Assembly (NCBI GenBank): GCA_021107435.1
Contig: JAIOSV010000104.1
Span: 3,641 to 67,640 of the forward strand
Direction of reading: 5' to 3'
Origin: Candidatus Sabulitectum sp.
GTDB taxonomy: Bacteria; Fermentibacterota; Fermentibacteria; Fermentibacterales; JCC-6
Length of the DNA stretch: 64,000 bases
Positions 1 to 10,926 of this stretch are shown piece by piece. The notes under the pieces are model-generated. The model was not told the origin of the DNA and did not search any database. It saw nothing but the letters and a program-made list of their open reading frames with translations. The first letter of the stretch is position 1; every line of letters starts with the position of its first letter. The position numbers were made by a program, and so were the translations under genes.

Positions 1-901
1 TGTTGAAAAAGTACTTCATGACTTCAGTAACTATCATGTTCTCAAAAAGCATTCCACGCAGTGGATGAGTAGAAATCTGGTCAGGCGAATTTATGCCCAT
101 CAGGTACGCGGCAAGACCCACATCATAAAAATACAGCTTGGGTGATTTAACCAGTCGCTTTGAGATACTACTGAAAAAAGGAGGAAGCCTGAAGCAGATG
201 TAACTGGCTTCAAGAAGAGACAGCCATTCCTTTACCGTAGGTTGTGCCACACCGGTATCATTGCTCAGCCTGGTGTAGTTGATTATCTGACCTGTTCTTC
301 CTCCGCACAAGCCCATAAATTTCTGAAAAACTGTCAGATCCTGCACCAAACTCAATTGCCGTACATCCCGCTCAATGTATGTGGCAACATAGTCGGACAT
401 TGCTTGAGTTGGGTTTAGGTCTCTGTGAAATATTCGCGGGTATCCACCACTGTAAATCCGGTTATCAATTTTTGAATCCGCCCAGTGAGTTGATATCTCT
501 GTAAAAGAGAAAGGAAGAAGGGTCAGCAGTGCGGTTCTCCCTGCCAGTGATTGATTGACGGTATTTGATACACTCAGGTTTTGACTGCCCGTAAGAATGT
601 ATTTTCCTGCAAAGTTCGAAGCATCCACTTCAGGCTGGATATATGATACAAGATCGGGTGCGCGTTGAATCTCATCAAGAATTGCACCATCTGGAAATCG
701 GGCAAGGAAACCCCTGGGATCATTCAATGCAAATTCACGGGTATCCGGTTCTTCAAGACTGATGTAAGCCATGTGTGGAAATACCATTCTGCACATAGTT
801 GTTTTCCCCGATTGCCTTGGACCTGTGATGGTAACTACGGGGTACTTTTCTGCTAGATTCCTAAGCAAAGACTCTGATAATCGATGAATAAGTTTGGACA
901 T
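1..901 (-). CDS. AAA-family ATP-binding protein (AAA_14 + DUF4143 type), runs off window start
   Basis: Manual translation from ATG at 901: MSKLIHRLSESLLRNLAEKYPVVTITGPRQSGKTT (Walker A) ... AILDEIQRAPDL (Walker B); GGAG RBS upstream. Absent from ORF track because there is no stop in the window. Confidence 0.85.
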   Translation of the reverse strand, partial: MSKLIHRLSESLLRNLAEKYPVVTITGPRQSGKTTMCRMVFPHMAYISLEEPDTREFALNDPRGFLARFPDGAILDEIQRAPDLVSYIQPEVDASNFAGKYILTGSQNLSVSNTVNQSLAGRTALLTLLPFSFTEISTHWADSKIDNRIYSGGYPRIFHRDLNPTQAMSDYVATYIERDVRQLSLVQDLTVFQKFMGLCGGRTGQIINYTRLSNDTGVAQPTVKEWLSLLEASYICFRLPPFFSSISKRLVKSPKLYFYDVGLAAYLMGINSPDQISTHPLRGMLFENMIVTEVMKYFFN

Positions 902-1099
902 TTCTACTCCATTTTATGCAATCATAAGATTCGATCTTCGATCTACATAAAACAAAAGCGTATTCAGGTCAAGTGTCGCTGTCCGGAAAATACTTCGGCC
1001 CTGCAGCTAATCCCTATCAGTCTCTTCACCTTTGAAGCCAACATAAACCCAGATATAGCCAGCTTTTAGTATCAGGATATTCCCTGTAACCAGAGAAAT

Positions 1100-1430
1100 G
1101 AATTTCTTCATTGAATTTCCTTCAGGGCATTTTATACTGCATGTTACAGATGCAGGTGCGGTGGTACGTAGAAAACTCACGTTAGAGGATTCGAGTCTAA
1201 GGGAACTACCAAATAAATATTGAGCCAAACACACCCAGGCCCAATTCACGTATTGCAAGAAGCATGCTTTCTGGATGAATTTGCTTGAAACTTGCTTTTC
1301 GAAAATAGCATGGTCTTTCCTTAGCACATTCGTGCTGGCTCAAAAGAAGAGCTCAAAGAGAGAATTCTTCAGGAGATCTCGAAGACAAACGCTGAGCCTG
1401 ATATACACCCGCTGGAAGAATTATGACTTC
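1100..1430 (+). pseudogene. IS630-family transposase C-terminal remnant
   Basis: Frameshifted translation KHAFWMNLLETCFSKIAWSFL/HIRAGSKEELKERILQEISKTNAEP resembles the IS630 DDE_3 motif PKHGSWLNxxExFFSK...HIRVxSKEELKxRI; stops and frameshifts present. Boundaries approximate. Confidence 0.6.
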
Positions 1431-1541
1431 CGTGTACCGCATTTAAAAGGTATAGGGGCCGGAGCCATTGACCGTATTAATCACACGGCATATCTTATGT
1501 GCGAAGACTTATAATGCTATTTGTATCTGGAAGGGGAATGA

Positions 1542-1943
1542 ATGAATATATTATTAGCGGCGATGATGGTAATGTCGATAATTGCTCCGACAGGAGACAT
1601 GAGTGTACCTGACGGGTCTAATTATGAGAATGCATACTATGTTGTGCATGGCAATCCTACATTTGGATCAAATGTTGACTATGTGCTTATTGAACGGATA
1701 CGTAGTAATGGACAGGTTGCTTCTACTTGTGCAATTCAATTTAGTGGAGATCATTACTATATGGGGTTTCCTGGTCTTTATTTTCCGATAAGAATAAGAG
1801 CAACGGCATATAGGAACGGTAACCTAGTAGGGACTCAGTCCACTCCATTCCTGACAGAAAATGATTTTGTAGAAGGACTATATCCTTTTGAATACATCTA
1901 CTCACCTCATTGTGTTCCTCAGTCGGCTTCAATAGGTATCTAG
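1542..1943 (+). CDS. Hypothetical secreted protein (AT-rich orphan)
   Basis: 133-aa ORF with hydrophobic N-terminus, AAGGGG RBS and a following terminator. Confidence 0.6.
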   Translation: MNILLAAMMVMSIIAPTGDMSVPDGSNYENAYYVVHGNPTFGSNVDYVLIERIRSNGQVASTCAIQFSGDHYYMGFPGLYFPIRIRATAYRNGNLVGTQSTPFLTENDFVEGLYPFEYIYSPHCVPQSASIGI

Positions 1944-1983
1944 CGTGAGCTTCCTATGAAATAGGGAATTCCAGAAAGCCTTG

Positions 1984-2029
1984 ATGCCGTAACTCGCTTC
2001 AACTGAGGCGGTTACGGTATTTCTTTTTT
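1984..2029 (+). terminator. Rho-independent terminator
   Basis: Hairpin atgccgtaactcgcttc-aact-gaggcggttacggtat followed by T-tract. Confidence 0.65.
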
Positions 2030-2146
2030 GCCGTTTTTATGTATACACTAACTATAATGGGTTATTGGGCTAGATAATATCGTGATACTGAGTATAATAC
2101 GGCGTGATTGATTTGTATGTATGGCACTGGATGAAATGGTGGTGTC

Positions 2147-2668
2147 AAGCCTTCGATTCAATCCATAACATCAAGAGAGCAAAAGTACTGGTATATCGTT
2201 GAGTCAAGAAGAGTTAATGGGAAACCCAGACCTATAGTTCTTGAATATCTTGGTAAGCCGGAAACTCTTCTCAAAAGACTTCGGGGACTCTCTGAGAATT
2301 ACACAATCAAGTCTTATTCTCATGGTGCGGTAGTTGCACTTCTTGATATCGCTCAAAAGCTTGATATGCCTTCCATCATCAATCAGCACATAAAATCTCA
2401 GCGACCCTACATAGCTGAGAGACCTGTTCGCCATAAGCTCACTACCGGAATAACTTTCTTGCTGGCAATTGGTAGAGTATGTAAACCCAAAAGTAAAGAA
2501 GGATGGTGGGACTGAGCAAGAACCACTTCAAGCGAGTACCTGCTCAGAATAGCTCTCAGCTAGGTAAACAGCAAACATTTCTGGGATATGATGGATTCTC
2601 TCCCAGTTGGAGCTATTGAGAAGATTGAGTATGAGTTATTGCGAAGAGCCCGCGCAATCTACAGACTG
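2147..2668 (+). pseudogene. IS1634-family transposase N-terminal remnant
   Basis: Manual translation PSIQSITSREQKYWYIVESRRVNGKPRPIVLEYLGK...SKHFWDMMDSLPVGAIEKIE; start codon appears mutated (AAG), two in-frame stops, truncated. Confidence 0.75.
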
Positions 2669-2751
2669 TGTTTGCCTGATTCACTATTCCCGAGCAAGCA
2701 CAGGCCGCCGACACCCGGTGCCGTGGCCTGTACTCTCTACCTTCAGCAGAA

Positions 2752-4371
2752 CTAGCTGATCAGGTTTTTGATGTCGTCTTCAACTGTAGTAATTCCGGCA
2801 ATGCCGAAGTTTTCAACAAGAACATTCACCACCGCAGGTGAAAGAAATGCCGGAAGTGTGGGCCCCAGGTGGATATTCTTTACCCCAAGGTGCAGAAGAG
2901 CAAGCAGTACTGTTACCGCCTTCTGCTCGTACCAGGCAATGTTGTAAACGATTGGCAGATCATTGATGTCATCAAGCCCGAATACTTCTTTAAGCTTCAT
3001 GGCGATAAGCGCAAGGGAATAGCTGTCGTTGCACTGTCCCGCGTCAAGAACACGGGGGATACCACCGATGTCACCGAGATCAAGCTTGTTGTAACGGAAT
3101 TTCGCGCAACCGGCAGTAAGAATTACAGTATCTTTCGGAAGAGCCTTAGCGAAATCCGTGTAGTAGTTTCTGCCCTTCTGACGACCGTCGCAACCGGCCA
3201 TAACGACAAACTTCCTGATTGCGCCGGACTTAACCGCGGCAACAATCTTATCCGCAAGGGCAAACACCTGGTTATGGGCGAATCCGCCAACGATGCTGCC
3301 GGTTTCAATCTCTGTGGGAGCAGGAAGGGTTTTAGCCATGGCTATGATTTCAGAGAAATCCTTTACTCCACCTTCTGGTCTGTCAGCAACGCTCTTTACG
3401 CCAGGGAATGAAACAAGTCCTGTTGTAAACACCCGGTCAGTATAGGACTGCTTCGGAGGAACGAGGCAGTTTGTGGTCATAAGAATGGGACCGTTGAAGG
3501 AAGCGAACTCCTTGTCCTGGAGCCACCATGCATTCCCGTAGTTGCCTGCGAAATTGTCATAGTTCCTGAAAGCGGGATAGTAGTTCGCGGGAAGCATCTC
3601 TCCGTGGGTGTAAACATCTACGCCTGTTCTCTGTGTCTGCTTCAAAAGTTCTTCCATGTCCTTTAGATCATGACCTGAAATAAGGATTGCGGGATTGTTC
3701 CGGACACCGATATTCACTTCAGTAATTCCCGGGTTTCCGTAGGTTTCCGTGTTTGCCCTGTCAAGTATAGCCATGGCGCCCACTGCAGCTTCACCGGTCT
3801 TCATAACAAGGGCGATCATTTCATCAACGCTGAGATCCTTTGTTGTTGAGGCAAGTCCTTCAATCATAAAGTCAAACACGGCCTGATCCTCAAAGCCAAG
3901 AACAAATGCATGATCCGCATAAGCCGCGACTCCCTTAAGGCCATATGTGAGAAGCTCGCGCAGAGACCGGACATCCTCGTTTACGGTAGAGAGAACTCCA
4001 ATGTTATCGGCTTTTTTGAGAAAGCCTTCTTTTGTATTCGCAGTCCAAACTGCGCAGTCATGCAGGTCTCCGCTGACATTGTACTTTGCTTTAATCTTAT
4101 CACGGAGAACTAATCCCTGCTTAATGATATCGACAAGATTGTCGTCATTGAAGTTGACATTCGTGATTGTTGTGAAAAGTGCTTTTGTAACGAAATGACT
4201 GACTTCGTTGTCAATCCTGCCTGCTTTTTCCGCAATGACGCTGATTCCTTTTGCGGTGTAGATAAGAAGGTCCTGAAGAATTGCTGTGTCTCCCCTTTTC
4301 CCGCAGATTCCGTTTACAGTACACCCCTTGTTACCCAGGGTTTCCTGGCATTGATAGCAGAACATACTCAT
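2752..4371 (-). CDS. hcp: Hydroxylamine reductase (hybrid cluster protein)
   Basis: N-terminal MFCYQCQET...[10 protein letters not shown]; [30 protein letters not shown] motifs. Confidence 0.97.
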   Translation of the reverse strand: MSMFCYQCQETLGNKGCTVNGICGKRGDTAILQDLLIYTAKGISVIAEKAGRIDNEVSHFVTKALFTTITNVNFNDDNLVDIIKQGLVLRDKIKAKYNVSGDLHDCAVWTANTKEGFLKKADNIGVLSTVNEDVRSLRELLTYGLKGVAAYADHAFVLGFEDQAVFDFMIEGLASTTKDLSVDEMIALVMKTGEAAVGAMAILDRANTETYGNPGITEVNIGVRNNPAILISGHDLKDMEELLKQTQRTGVDVYTHGEMLPANYYPAFRNYDNFAGNYGNAWWLQDKEFASFNGPILMTTNCLVPPKQSYTDRVFTTGLVSFPGVKSVADRPEGGVKDFSEIIAMAKTLPAPTEIETGSIVGGFAHNQVFALADKIVAAVKSGAIRKFVVMAGCDGRQKGRNYYTDFAKALPKDTVILTAGCAKFRYNKLDLGDIGGIPRVLDAGQCNDSYSLALIAMKLKEVFGLDDINDLPIVYNIAWYEQKAVTVLLALLHLGVKNIHLGPTLPAFLSPAVVNVLVENFGIAGITTVEDDIKNLIS

Positions 4372-4381
4372 GATAATCTCC

Positions 4382-5089
4382 CTACTTTTCTTCCAGGATC
4401 TCGCCCCGGACTCCTATTTTTACCCTTCGATACGGAATTACTTTGCCTGAAAGAGCCAGGGCTTTTTCAACCATGGCCACCAGACCGGAGCAGCATGGAA
4501 CCTCCATGTGCACCACTGTTACACTGGCAATACTGTTGTACTTCATTATCTCTGTCAGCTTTTCCAGATACCCCTCTGTCCTGTCCAGTTTCGGACAGGC
4601 AATAACTACCTTTCTGCCTTTTAAAAACTTTGCATGAAATTCTCCGAAAGCCACCGGAACGCAACTTGCAGCTATCAGAAGGTCAGCATTCTGCCAGTAT
4701 GGCGCCTCCGGACTTACAAGGTGCAACTGAACAGGCCACTGTTCAAGCATGGACGTCTTGAGTTGAAGAGTATCCGATTTTATTTCTCCAGATTTGAAAC
4801 TCATCGCCTTTGTGCCCGGGCATCCTGATAAAACAGGTTGAGGTTTGTTCACTGCTTCAGCACGAGCCATTGCAGCCACTCCATCAAAAGCGTCAGCTTC
4901 TCTCTCCTCAATGGTTATAGCACCTCTGGGACAGTCTCCGAGACAGTCGCCCAGACCATCGCAGAAAGAGTCTTTGACAAGCCTGGCTTTCCCGTTCACA
5001 ATCTGCAGAGCACCCTCAGAACAAGAGGGAACGCAGAGACCGCAACCGTCGCACTTTTCCTCATTTATCCTGATGATCTTCCTTTTCAT
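4382..5089 (-). CDS. 2x[4Fe-4S] ferredoxin-domain protein of hcp operons
   Basis: [11 protein letters not shown] and [12 protein letters not shown] motifs; GCPG, QWPVQL, ACPKLD, MEVPCC. Confidence 0.9.
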   Translation of the reverse strand: MKRKIIRINEEKCDGCGLCVPSCSEGALQIVNGKARLVKDSFCDGLGDCLGDCPRGAITIEEREADAFDGVAAMARAEAVNKPQPVLSGCPGTKAMSFKSGEIKSDTLQLKTSMLEQWPVQLHLVSPEAPYWQNADLLIAASCVPVAFGEFHAKFLKGRKVVIACPKLDRTEGYLEKLTEIMKYNSIASVTVVHMEVPCCSGLVAMVEKALALSGKVIPYRRVKIGVRGEILEEK

Positions 5090-5526
5090 TTCGTTACAAT
5101 CCCTTCAAAGCTGAAACCATCTTTGATGAAATCTGCCAGAGTAACAGAGCCCAGATGCTTTACAATCAAATCATCCGCCTCAGACATCAGGCCGCTGAAA
5201 AGACACTTTTTCAATGAACAGCGCTTCTTTCTGCCGAAGAGGCATCCGGAAGTATCAAGCTCTCCATCCACCGTTGTGCAGATATCAAGCAAAGACACTT
5301 TTGCCGGTTCCGCCAAAAGAGTATACCCTCCTCCGGGTCCCCTCAGCGCCCTGACATATCCGCTTTTCAGAAGCCTCTGCATAACCTTGGACGAGTGGTT
5401 GGCACTGATACCGAAAACTTCAGCGATTCGAGTGTTGCTTATTGATTCTCCCTTCTTTTCCGCAAGAAAAATAAGAGCATGCATTGCAATTGAAGCTGCC
5501 TCTGAAATTCTTAATACCTGTTTCAT
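5086..5526 (-). CDS. Rrf2-family transcriptional regulator with three C-terminal Cys
   Basis: ISEAASIAMHAL, RGPGGGY wing, C-x7-C-x4-C; start placed at MKQVLRIS. Confidence 0.9.
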   Translation of the reverse strand: MKQVLRISEAASIAMHALIFLAEKKGESISNTRIAEVFGISANHSSKVMQRLLKSGYVRALRGPGGGYTLLAEPAKVSLLDICTTVDGELDTSGCLFGRKKRCSLKKCLFSGLMSEADDLIVKHLGSVTLADFIKDGFSFEGIVTK

Positions 5527-5543
5527 GTTGTCTCTTTCTCTAT

Positions 5544-5567
5544 TGGTATAATGGTACTCTAATGCCA
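5544..5567. promoter_or_regulatory. Candidate Rrf2 operator
   Basis: tggtataatggtactctaatgcca: imperfect palindrome made of overlapping GGTAY-N4-RTRCY boxes just upstream of the regulator start. Confidence 0.3.
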
Positions 5568-5848
5568 CTATTAGACTCTGTCAACCCCGAGTTGGAAATG
5601 AAGCAGTCATTCTTCGATAAACCAGTTCAGATACTGGTGCAGATTACCAGCAAGAAAGTTCGGCAGGCTGATCGACTTGTATTCTTTCCCGTCCGGAGTT
5701 CGGAGAAGGTCAACTCGAACCGGTAACTGCTGTTCAAAAACAGACTTCACGCGGGGTGCCTCCATGTTCAGTTCCATATATCCGGTCAATTTGTCTGATT
5801 GCCTTCTCCGACTCAGAGTGACATATTGCGGTACAGAAAAGGAGAGGA

Positions 5849-6283
5849 ATGGAGAAATTCATAGAAAACATGTGCAACACAGTTCTTCCGGGCTGCTTTA
5901 ATTTGAAGGTATTATCCTTTGACTTCGGGAATAAGAATGATTTCCTGGTCACTGTGAATGATTCTCGAAATTTTCTTAGCTTTATTCAAGAAAAATGGGA
6001 TTTTCTTTGCGAAGGATGTTACTCCGATGTTTTTCACAGCGGATTTCTGGGAAGCTATGCTTTCGCTCTCTGGTTCATGGAATTCGATGAGGACAACTGG
6101 TTCTCGTATGATTCTGTTCACAAAGAGACAGAAAAATACCTTAACTCTTACTCCTCTGTTTCTGATCGGAATGAATTGAGAATAATTAAGGGCTCTTTTC
6201 TTCCAATGAAGCTGGATCTGCCTGTAGTCGTGGATTATGAAAAACTATCTGTAACCGTATGGACAGGGGAACTTAGAGACTGA
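5849..6283 (+). CDS. Hypothetical protein
   Basis: 144-aa ORF with AGGAGAGG RBS; converges on next gene. Confidence 0.6.
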   Translation: MEKFIENMCNTVLPGCFNLKVLSFDFGNKNDFLVTVNDSRNFLSFIQEKWDFLCEGCYSDVFHSGFLGSYAFALWFMEFDEDNWFSYDSVHKETEKYLNSYSSVSDRNELRIIKGSFLPMKLDLPVVVDYEKLSVTVWTGELRD

Positions 6284-6285
6284 TG

Positions 6286-7245
6286 TTACAGCATTATGCT
6301 GTACTTATCCCTTTCTGCGGAATCAATTCTTTCTGCGGTAAATGTTTCACCCTGATTGGAAATAACAGTTACCTGTTCCTGCGCTTTGGTGTATGAGACC
6401 ATAATTGCATTGAGAAGTGTAATGTTCTTTTCAGTTTTTTTGCCCAGAATAATGCCCAGAGGACCGGGGATATCCCGAATAGCAAGCTGAATTCCTGTAT
6501 CCGCATGAAGCATTTTATCGTTCTCTGCCGCTGATCTGCCCACAAGTCCGACAGCCCCGTTTAAGAGGAACATCCGTCCGAATCTTATCATCCGTGCATT
6601 GTCTCCCGAAAGAAGACCAACCTCTTTAAGAACTCTAAGCCTGTTGGAATATCCGGGATCTGTCAGCAGACATCCTCCACCGGGAGAAGGGATATGGGAA
6701 AAACCGTATTCCCGTGCCATTTCCAGCTGTTTCGTCCGACCTCTTCCATTCAGATCAAGAAGACGTTCCCTGTCTACAAGACCCGCTTCCTCTATGGGTG
6801 TAGGATCAAGTATCCTGGCGGAAAGGGGTCGGAGAAGAATATCCCCGGTGCGGGATATGTTTTTTACCCTGTTAAGGGATCCCCGGTTCTGACTCATTGG
6901 ACGCTGCCCGACAACTTCACCGGAAAATATGAAGTCGAACCCTTCCCTTGCTGCAATTTCCTTCAGCTTTCTGAACATGGCTGCATGGCAATCAATACAG
7001 GGATTCATGTTCTTGCCGAAACCGCTGGGCGGGTCAAAAAGGAGAGCCATAATCTCCGAAGTGAAATCAACCGTATGCCATTTAATTCCCAGAGCAGTTG
7101 CGGCTGTTTCTCCCGCCTGCACATCAAAGAAAGGACTGTCAAATGTTACAGCTTCCACATGAATGCCCTGATCTATAAGAACTCTGGAGGCAAGCATTCC
7201 GTCCAGCCCCCCGGAAAATGCACCAAGTGCTCTAACCGATTTCAA
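6286..7245 (-). CDS. PP-loop ATPase, ThiI/MnmA-like tRNA thiolation family
   Basis: FSGGLDG PP-loop, NPCIDCH, GEVVGQRPMSQ, GGGCLLTDP. Confidence 0.85.
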   Translation of the reverse strand: MKSVRALGAFSGGLDGMLASRVLIDQGIHVEAVTFDSPFFDVQAGETAATALGIKWHTVDFTSEIMALLFDPPSGFGKNMNPCIDCHAAMFRKLKEIAAREGFDFIFSGEVVGQRPMSQNRGSLNRVKNISRTGDILLRPLSARILDPTPIEEAGLVDRERLLDLNGRGRTKQLEMAREYGFSHIPSPGGGCLLTDPGYSNRLRVLKEVGLLSGDNARMIRFGRMFLLNGAVGLVGRSAAENDKMLHADTGIQLAIRDIPGPLGIILGKKTEKNITLLNAIMVSYTKAQEQVTVISNQGETFTAERIDSAERDKYSIML

Positions 7246-7892
7246 TGCCGGCCCTCCAGAATCAGCCAGTCATTCTGCGTAGCCAGTTTTCTGAGTTTTC
7301 TTACAGGATGAACCGCAATCGCAGAACCGCACAGATCAAGAATGTATCTGTCCCCCCAGGAGTCACCAAGAGCCAGTGCCCGGGAAGGCTCAATTCCTAA
7401 CTGATCCATCATTGCCATAGCCGGAGCTATTTTGGCCTTTCCGTAAGGTCTCTGTCCTATAAGATGACCGGTGCATTTCCCGTTCTTCACCACAGGGATA
7501 CTCCCTCTGAAACTTTTAAAGCCCAGACCTTCCGCTATAGCCTGCACAAGCGGAGAAAGAGATGCGGAAAGAATGAATATCTCCGCGCCATCTTCCTTAT
7601 GGTTGTTGAGAATATTGAGAACTCCCGGCCGGACCTTCTTTAGCAGAAGGGGAGTACACTCTTTGACCTCATCATGAAGAACATCCATGGGAAGACCGCT
7701 GAAATATCCTCTGTTCCAGCCTCTGCCTTCCCGCATTGTTCTGATCGGATGCCTCAGATAGTGATACAGAAATCTGATCACAACAGCTCGGGAGAGTACC
7801 TTTCTCCTGAAAAGGCCAAGGACAAACTCCAGCTCGCTGGACACTGAAATCAGTGTTCCATCAAGGTCACATATTACAATCCTGGGGTTCAA
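7242..7892 (-). CDS. HAD-superfamily hydrolase (subfamily IB)
   Basis: DLDGTL motif I, LSAS, GKAK, GDSWGD. Confidence 0.88.
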   Translation of the reverse strand: MNPRIVICDLDGTLISVSSELEFVLGLFRRKVLSRAVVIRFLYHYLRHPIRTMREGRGWNRGYFSGLPMDVLHDEVKECTPLLLKKVRPGVLNILNNHKEDGAEIFILSASLSPLVQAIAEGLGFKSFRGSIPVVKNGKCTGHLIGQRPYGKAKIAPAMAMMDQLGIEPSRALALGDSWGDRYILDLCGSAIAVHPVRKLRKLATQNDWLILEGRH

Positions 7893-8746
7893 TCGCTTAC
7901 CAGAACTCCACGACCGGTGCCGGGAGTATTGTCAAAAGTTTCAAGAACATGGACAAGTATACCCGGGAACAATCTTGGGAATGCCCCGTGGAAGAAGGAA
8001 TGCGCCAGATTGGTGTATTCTACAATTTGAGTGGCATATTCACCGCAGGAAGAATCCTCGGCATCCACAAGCTGACCGATTCCTCGAACCTCATAGGACT
8101 TACTGTCAAGGAAAACCAGACTTGTCACCGGTTCCTTCATGAGATTGATGAAAGTGTGTGTTTCGAATGTTGGAGTGGAGTAAAGCTCAAGACTGATAAG
8201 CTTTGTGAGATCAAAATTTCCGGAATCGGAATACAAATCCTTGAGGTAATCAATCTTGGCAGGCATTGAACCATCCATGTTCTCCTGCATGAACTCTATT
8301 TTTTCAGCGATAATTTCTCTTTTTGGACAGAGACCCATGCCCTTGAAAGCGTTGTTTATGGTTAGAATGCTGTCATTTCTTCTGGCACCCCGTGTGGCCA
8401 TAGCAGCGTTGTGCGGGCCAGCAAGGGAAGGAGGAGAACCGCCCTGACCTGTCATCATATCCATAATTTGGTTCAGAACTTCTATGCGGGCTGTTAGATT
8501 CCACTCAAGAAATTCCTCAGGCAGCTCAGCGGTGTTATAATTTTCCCACACACCGTCAACTTTTGCCCTGATGACACCTTGGGCTTCATTTGAAACGTCT
8601 ACACAATCCTGAAGAAAAGAACCGTTGTGCCAAAGTTCCATAGTACCCTGCTCCATTTCACCGGCAAAGGCTTTTCCAGCAATTGATGAAAGCAGAAGCG
8701 CTCCGCTTGCCTTGCTCGCCTTTTCAAGAAATTCTCTTCTGTCCAT
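7889..8746 (-). CDS. Tat-exported protein, possible FMN-binding split-barrel domain
   Basis: MDRREFL twin-arginine signal with AFA cleavage site; C-terminal HTFINLMKEPVTSLVF...SYEVRG resembles PNPOx-like proteins. Confidence 0.6.
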   Translation of the reverse strand: MDRREFLEKASKASGALLLSSIAGKAFAGEMEQGTMELWHNGSFLQDCVDVSNEAQGVIRAKVDGVWENYNTAELPEEFLEWNLTARIEVLNQIMDMMTGQGGSPPSLAGPHNAAMATRGARRNDSILTINNAFKGMGLCPKREIIAEKIEFMQENMDGSMPAKIDYLKDLYSDSGNFDLTKLISLELYSTPTFETHTFINLMKEPVTSLVFLDSKSYEVRGIGQLVDAEDSSCGEYATQIVEYTNLAHSFFHGAFPRLFPGILVHVLETFDNTPGTGRGVLVSD

Positions 8747-8841
8747 GAAAACCCCCCTAAAAATAAGACTAACACAATAGGACGACAGATAGTTATTGTT
8801 GTCATTGATGTAAGAGCAATACTACCGGAGAGGAAAGTCAA

Positions 8842-10926
8842 TTGTCCAGACTTAAAGAACTGGCTGAGAGCCGCAATGTCAATGCCTTTAAAAAGGCCTG
8901 GGAAGACGCGCTTAACACTGGAACTCCTGCAAAGGAACTCCTTGACTCACTTAATATCCTAAGAAAGACAGGGGAAGAGAGTCTTCCCCTCCACCTGGCG
9001 GAAGCCGCCCTCGAAAAAATGGACTCAGAAGCCAGAGAAGATATCCTTGAATTTGCTTCAGGGGCCGCCGATATCTTTGAACACTCTCAGATAATTGCAA
9101 CTGCCCTGGTGGAGTCCCTGAGAGATAAGTATCTTATTTTTGAACCTCTTGAAGCTTTCATATCTGCCAGCGGAGTGCTGTCTGAGAAAAAAACTCTCAG
9201 AGATTCCTGGAGAAGACTGAAGGAACTTCTCCAATGCCAGCAGGGTAATTTTCTTCTTCACAAGGATTTCGGACCCGGCGAGATTCTGCGAACATCCAGA
9301 AGCTCTTTCACTATTGACTTTCAGAGATCAAGGAATCACGACATGACAGTTGAAGCCATGCTGGACTCAACTCGTCCTGTTCCTTCAGATTCTCTCTATG
9401 TACAAAGGTGGAAGCACCCCGATGACTTCGCGGCTCTTCTGGAACATGGAGATGAAGCACTTCTTAATCGTGCCTTCCGTGACATGGCAACCGAGAATTC
9501 ACTGAAGGAAATTAATCTTCTCAAACTTCTGGACGGATCCAATTTCAAACCCCGTCAAATGTGGAAGGTGCTGAAAACCGCAGCAGCAGGCTCCGCTAAC
9601 TTCATGGACATGGGGAATTCCATCATTCCTGCGGACAGTTCTTCTCTGCTGTCTCAGATCGAAGCTGTAATAGCAATTAAAAAAATGGCCATGTCAGAAA
9701 AAACGAAGACTGTAACCTCTTTGCTGAAAGCCGCCGAGAAGGGAGAAGAAACCCGACTTGAGCAGATCTTTGACAGAGTGGTCAGCCTGAAAGATATCGA
9801 AAAAGGTGCTGTGTTTGAACTTGCCTGGCTTTGCTCTGGTAAAGGAAAGGTCAAGAAATTTGAGGAAAGAACCCGTCACCTGCTTGAGATGAAAGCAGTA
9901 AGAGTACAGAGAGCCATGGATGAAATCCACTCCGCGCCCTGCAAAAAACTTTACATGCAGCAATTTTTCGCAAACTCTCCTGATGAAACAGAAATATGGA
10001 TACTGCTGGACAAACTCCCCAGAACCATGCGGGAACAGGCTGCTGACTACGCAGTGAAGTTCAATCAGGAAGTACATGCGGAATACGTACTCAAGGCTCT
10101 TGATGACCCGGGAGAAACCGCGCATTTCATGTGGGCTCTGGAACGCGCGGCAAAGCTGGATGACTACATGGAACCCGTCAGGATAGTTGAACTGGCTCTC
10201 AAAAATCTGAATTTCGCCAAATCCGACATGCAGAGACGGGTGTGTACGGTTCTCATGGACAAGCTGAGACCGGAGCTTGAGCAGCACATCTCACTGCTTG
10301 ATACCAGAAGACTTGAGACTCTCACAGAAAACCTGGAAGAGAGCATTGGCGCCCAGGAAAGCGGTCTGGTTTTACTGGCCCGAAGAGAGCTCTCCGGCAG
10401 ACGCACAGGAGGATTCACCAACATCAGGAAATTCTGGGAAAGTGACACTATTTTCAGCAGTCGCGATGGCATTTCCAGAAGAATTGAAGAGATTGAAAAG
10501 ATCCGAACAGTCCAGATACCTTTAGCCGCAAAGGCAATTGCCGAAGCCGCATCTCACGGTGATCTGTCTGAAAATGCTGAATACACTGCAGCTCTCGAGA
10601 AAAGAGACTTCCTGCTGGAGATGCTGAACAGATACAGAAAGCAGCTTAAACTTATGAGACCATATCCGGTAGGACAGGTAAGCACTGAGATTATCAGCCC
10701 TGCCACCAGAGTAATACTGGAATCAATGGATGCCAGCCTGAAATTGCGAACGGTCTGTGTGGTTGGCATGATGGACGCAGATGCCGACAACGGATATATC
10801 AATTACAAAGCTCCATTGGGTGCTGCTCTACTGGGACTTACAAAGGGTGATACTGTTCAACTGCCGGGAGACAAAGATTCGATATGGAGAATCACTGACA
10901 TTTCACTGATGGAAGAGAAAATGTGA
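8842..10926 (+). CDS. greA: GreA/GreB transcription elongation factor with long N-terminal extension
   Basis: C-terminal AIAEAASHGDLSENAEYTAA and INYKAPLGAALLG. Confidence 0.85.
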   Translation: MSRLKELAESRNVNAFKKAWEDALNTGTPAKELLDSLNILRKTGEESLPLHLAEAALEKMDSEAREDILEFASGAADIFEHSQIIATALVESLRDKYLIFEPLEAFISASGVLSEKKTLRDSWRRLKELLQCQQGNFLLHKDFGPGEILRTSRSSFTIDFQRSRNHDMTVEAMLDSTRPVPSDSLYVQRWKHPDDFAALLEHGDEALLNRAFRDMATENSLKEINLLKLLDGSNFKPRQMWKVLKTAAAGSANFMDMGNSIIPADSSSLLSQIEAVIAIKKMAMSEKTKTVTSLLKAAEKGEETRLEQIFDRVVSLKDIEKGAVFELAWLCSGKGKVKKFEERTRHLLEMKAVRVQRAMDEIHSAPCKKLYMQQFFANSPDETEIWILLDKLPRTMREQAADYAVKFNQEVHAEYVLKALDDPGETAHFMWALERAAKLDDYMEPVRIVELALKNLNFAKSDMQRRVCTVLMDKLRPELEQHISLLDTRRLETLTENLEESIGAQESGLVLLARRELSGRRTGGFTNIRKFWESDTIFSSRDGISRRIEEIEKIRTVQIPLAAKAIAEAASHGDLSENAEYTAALEKRDFLLEMLNRYRKQLKLMRPYPVGQVSTEIISPATRVILESMDASLKLRTVCVVGMMDADADNGYINYKAPLGAALLGLTKGDTVQLPGDKDSIWRITDISLMEEKM

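Noticed and set aside
5607-5830. Short minus-strand ORF upstream of the Rrf2 gene
   Set aside because: No convincing start or RBS and no recognisable motif; could be a gene fragment but unsupported.
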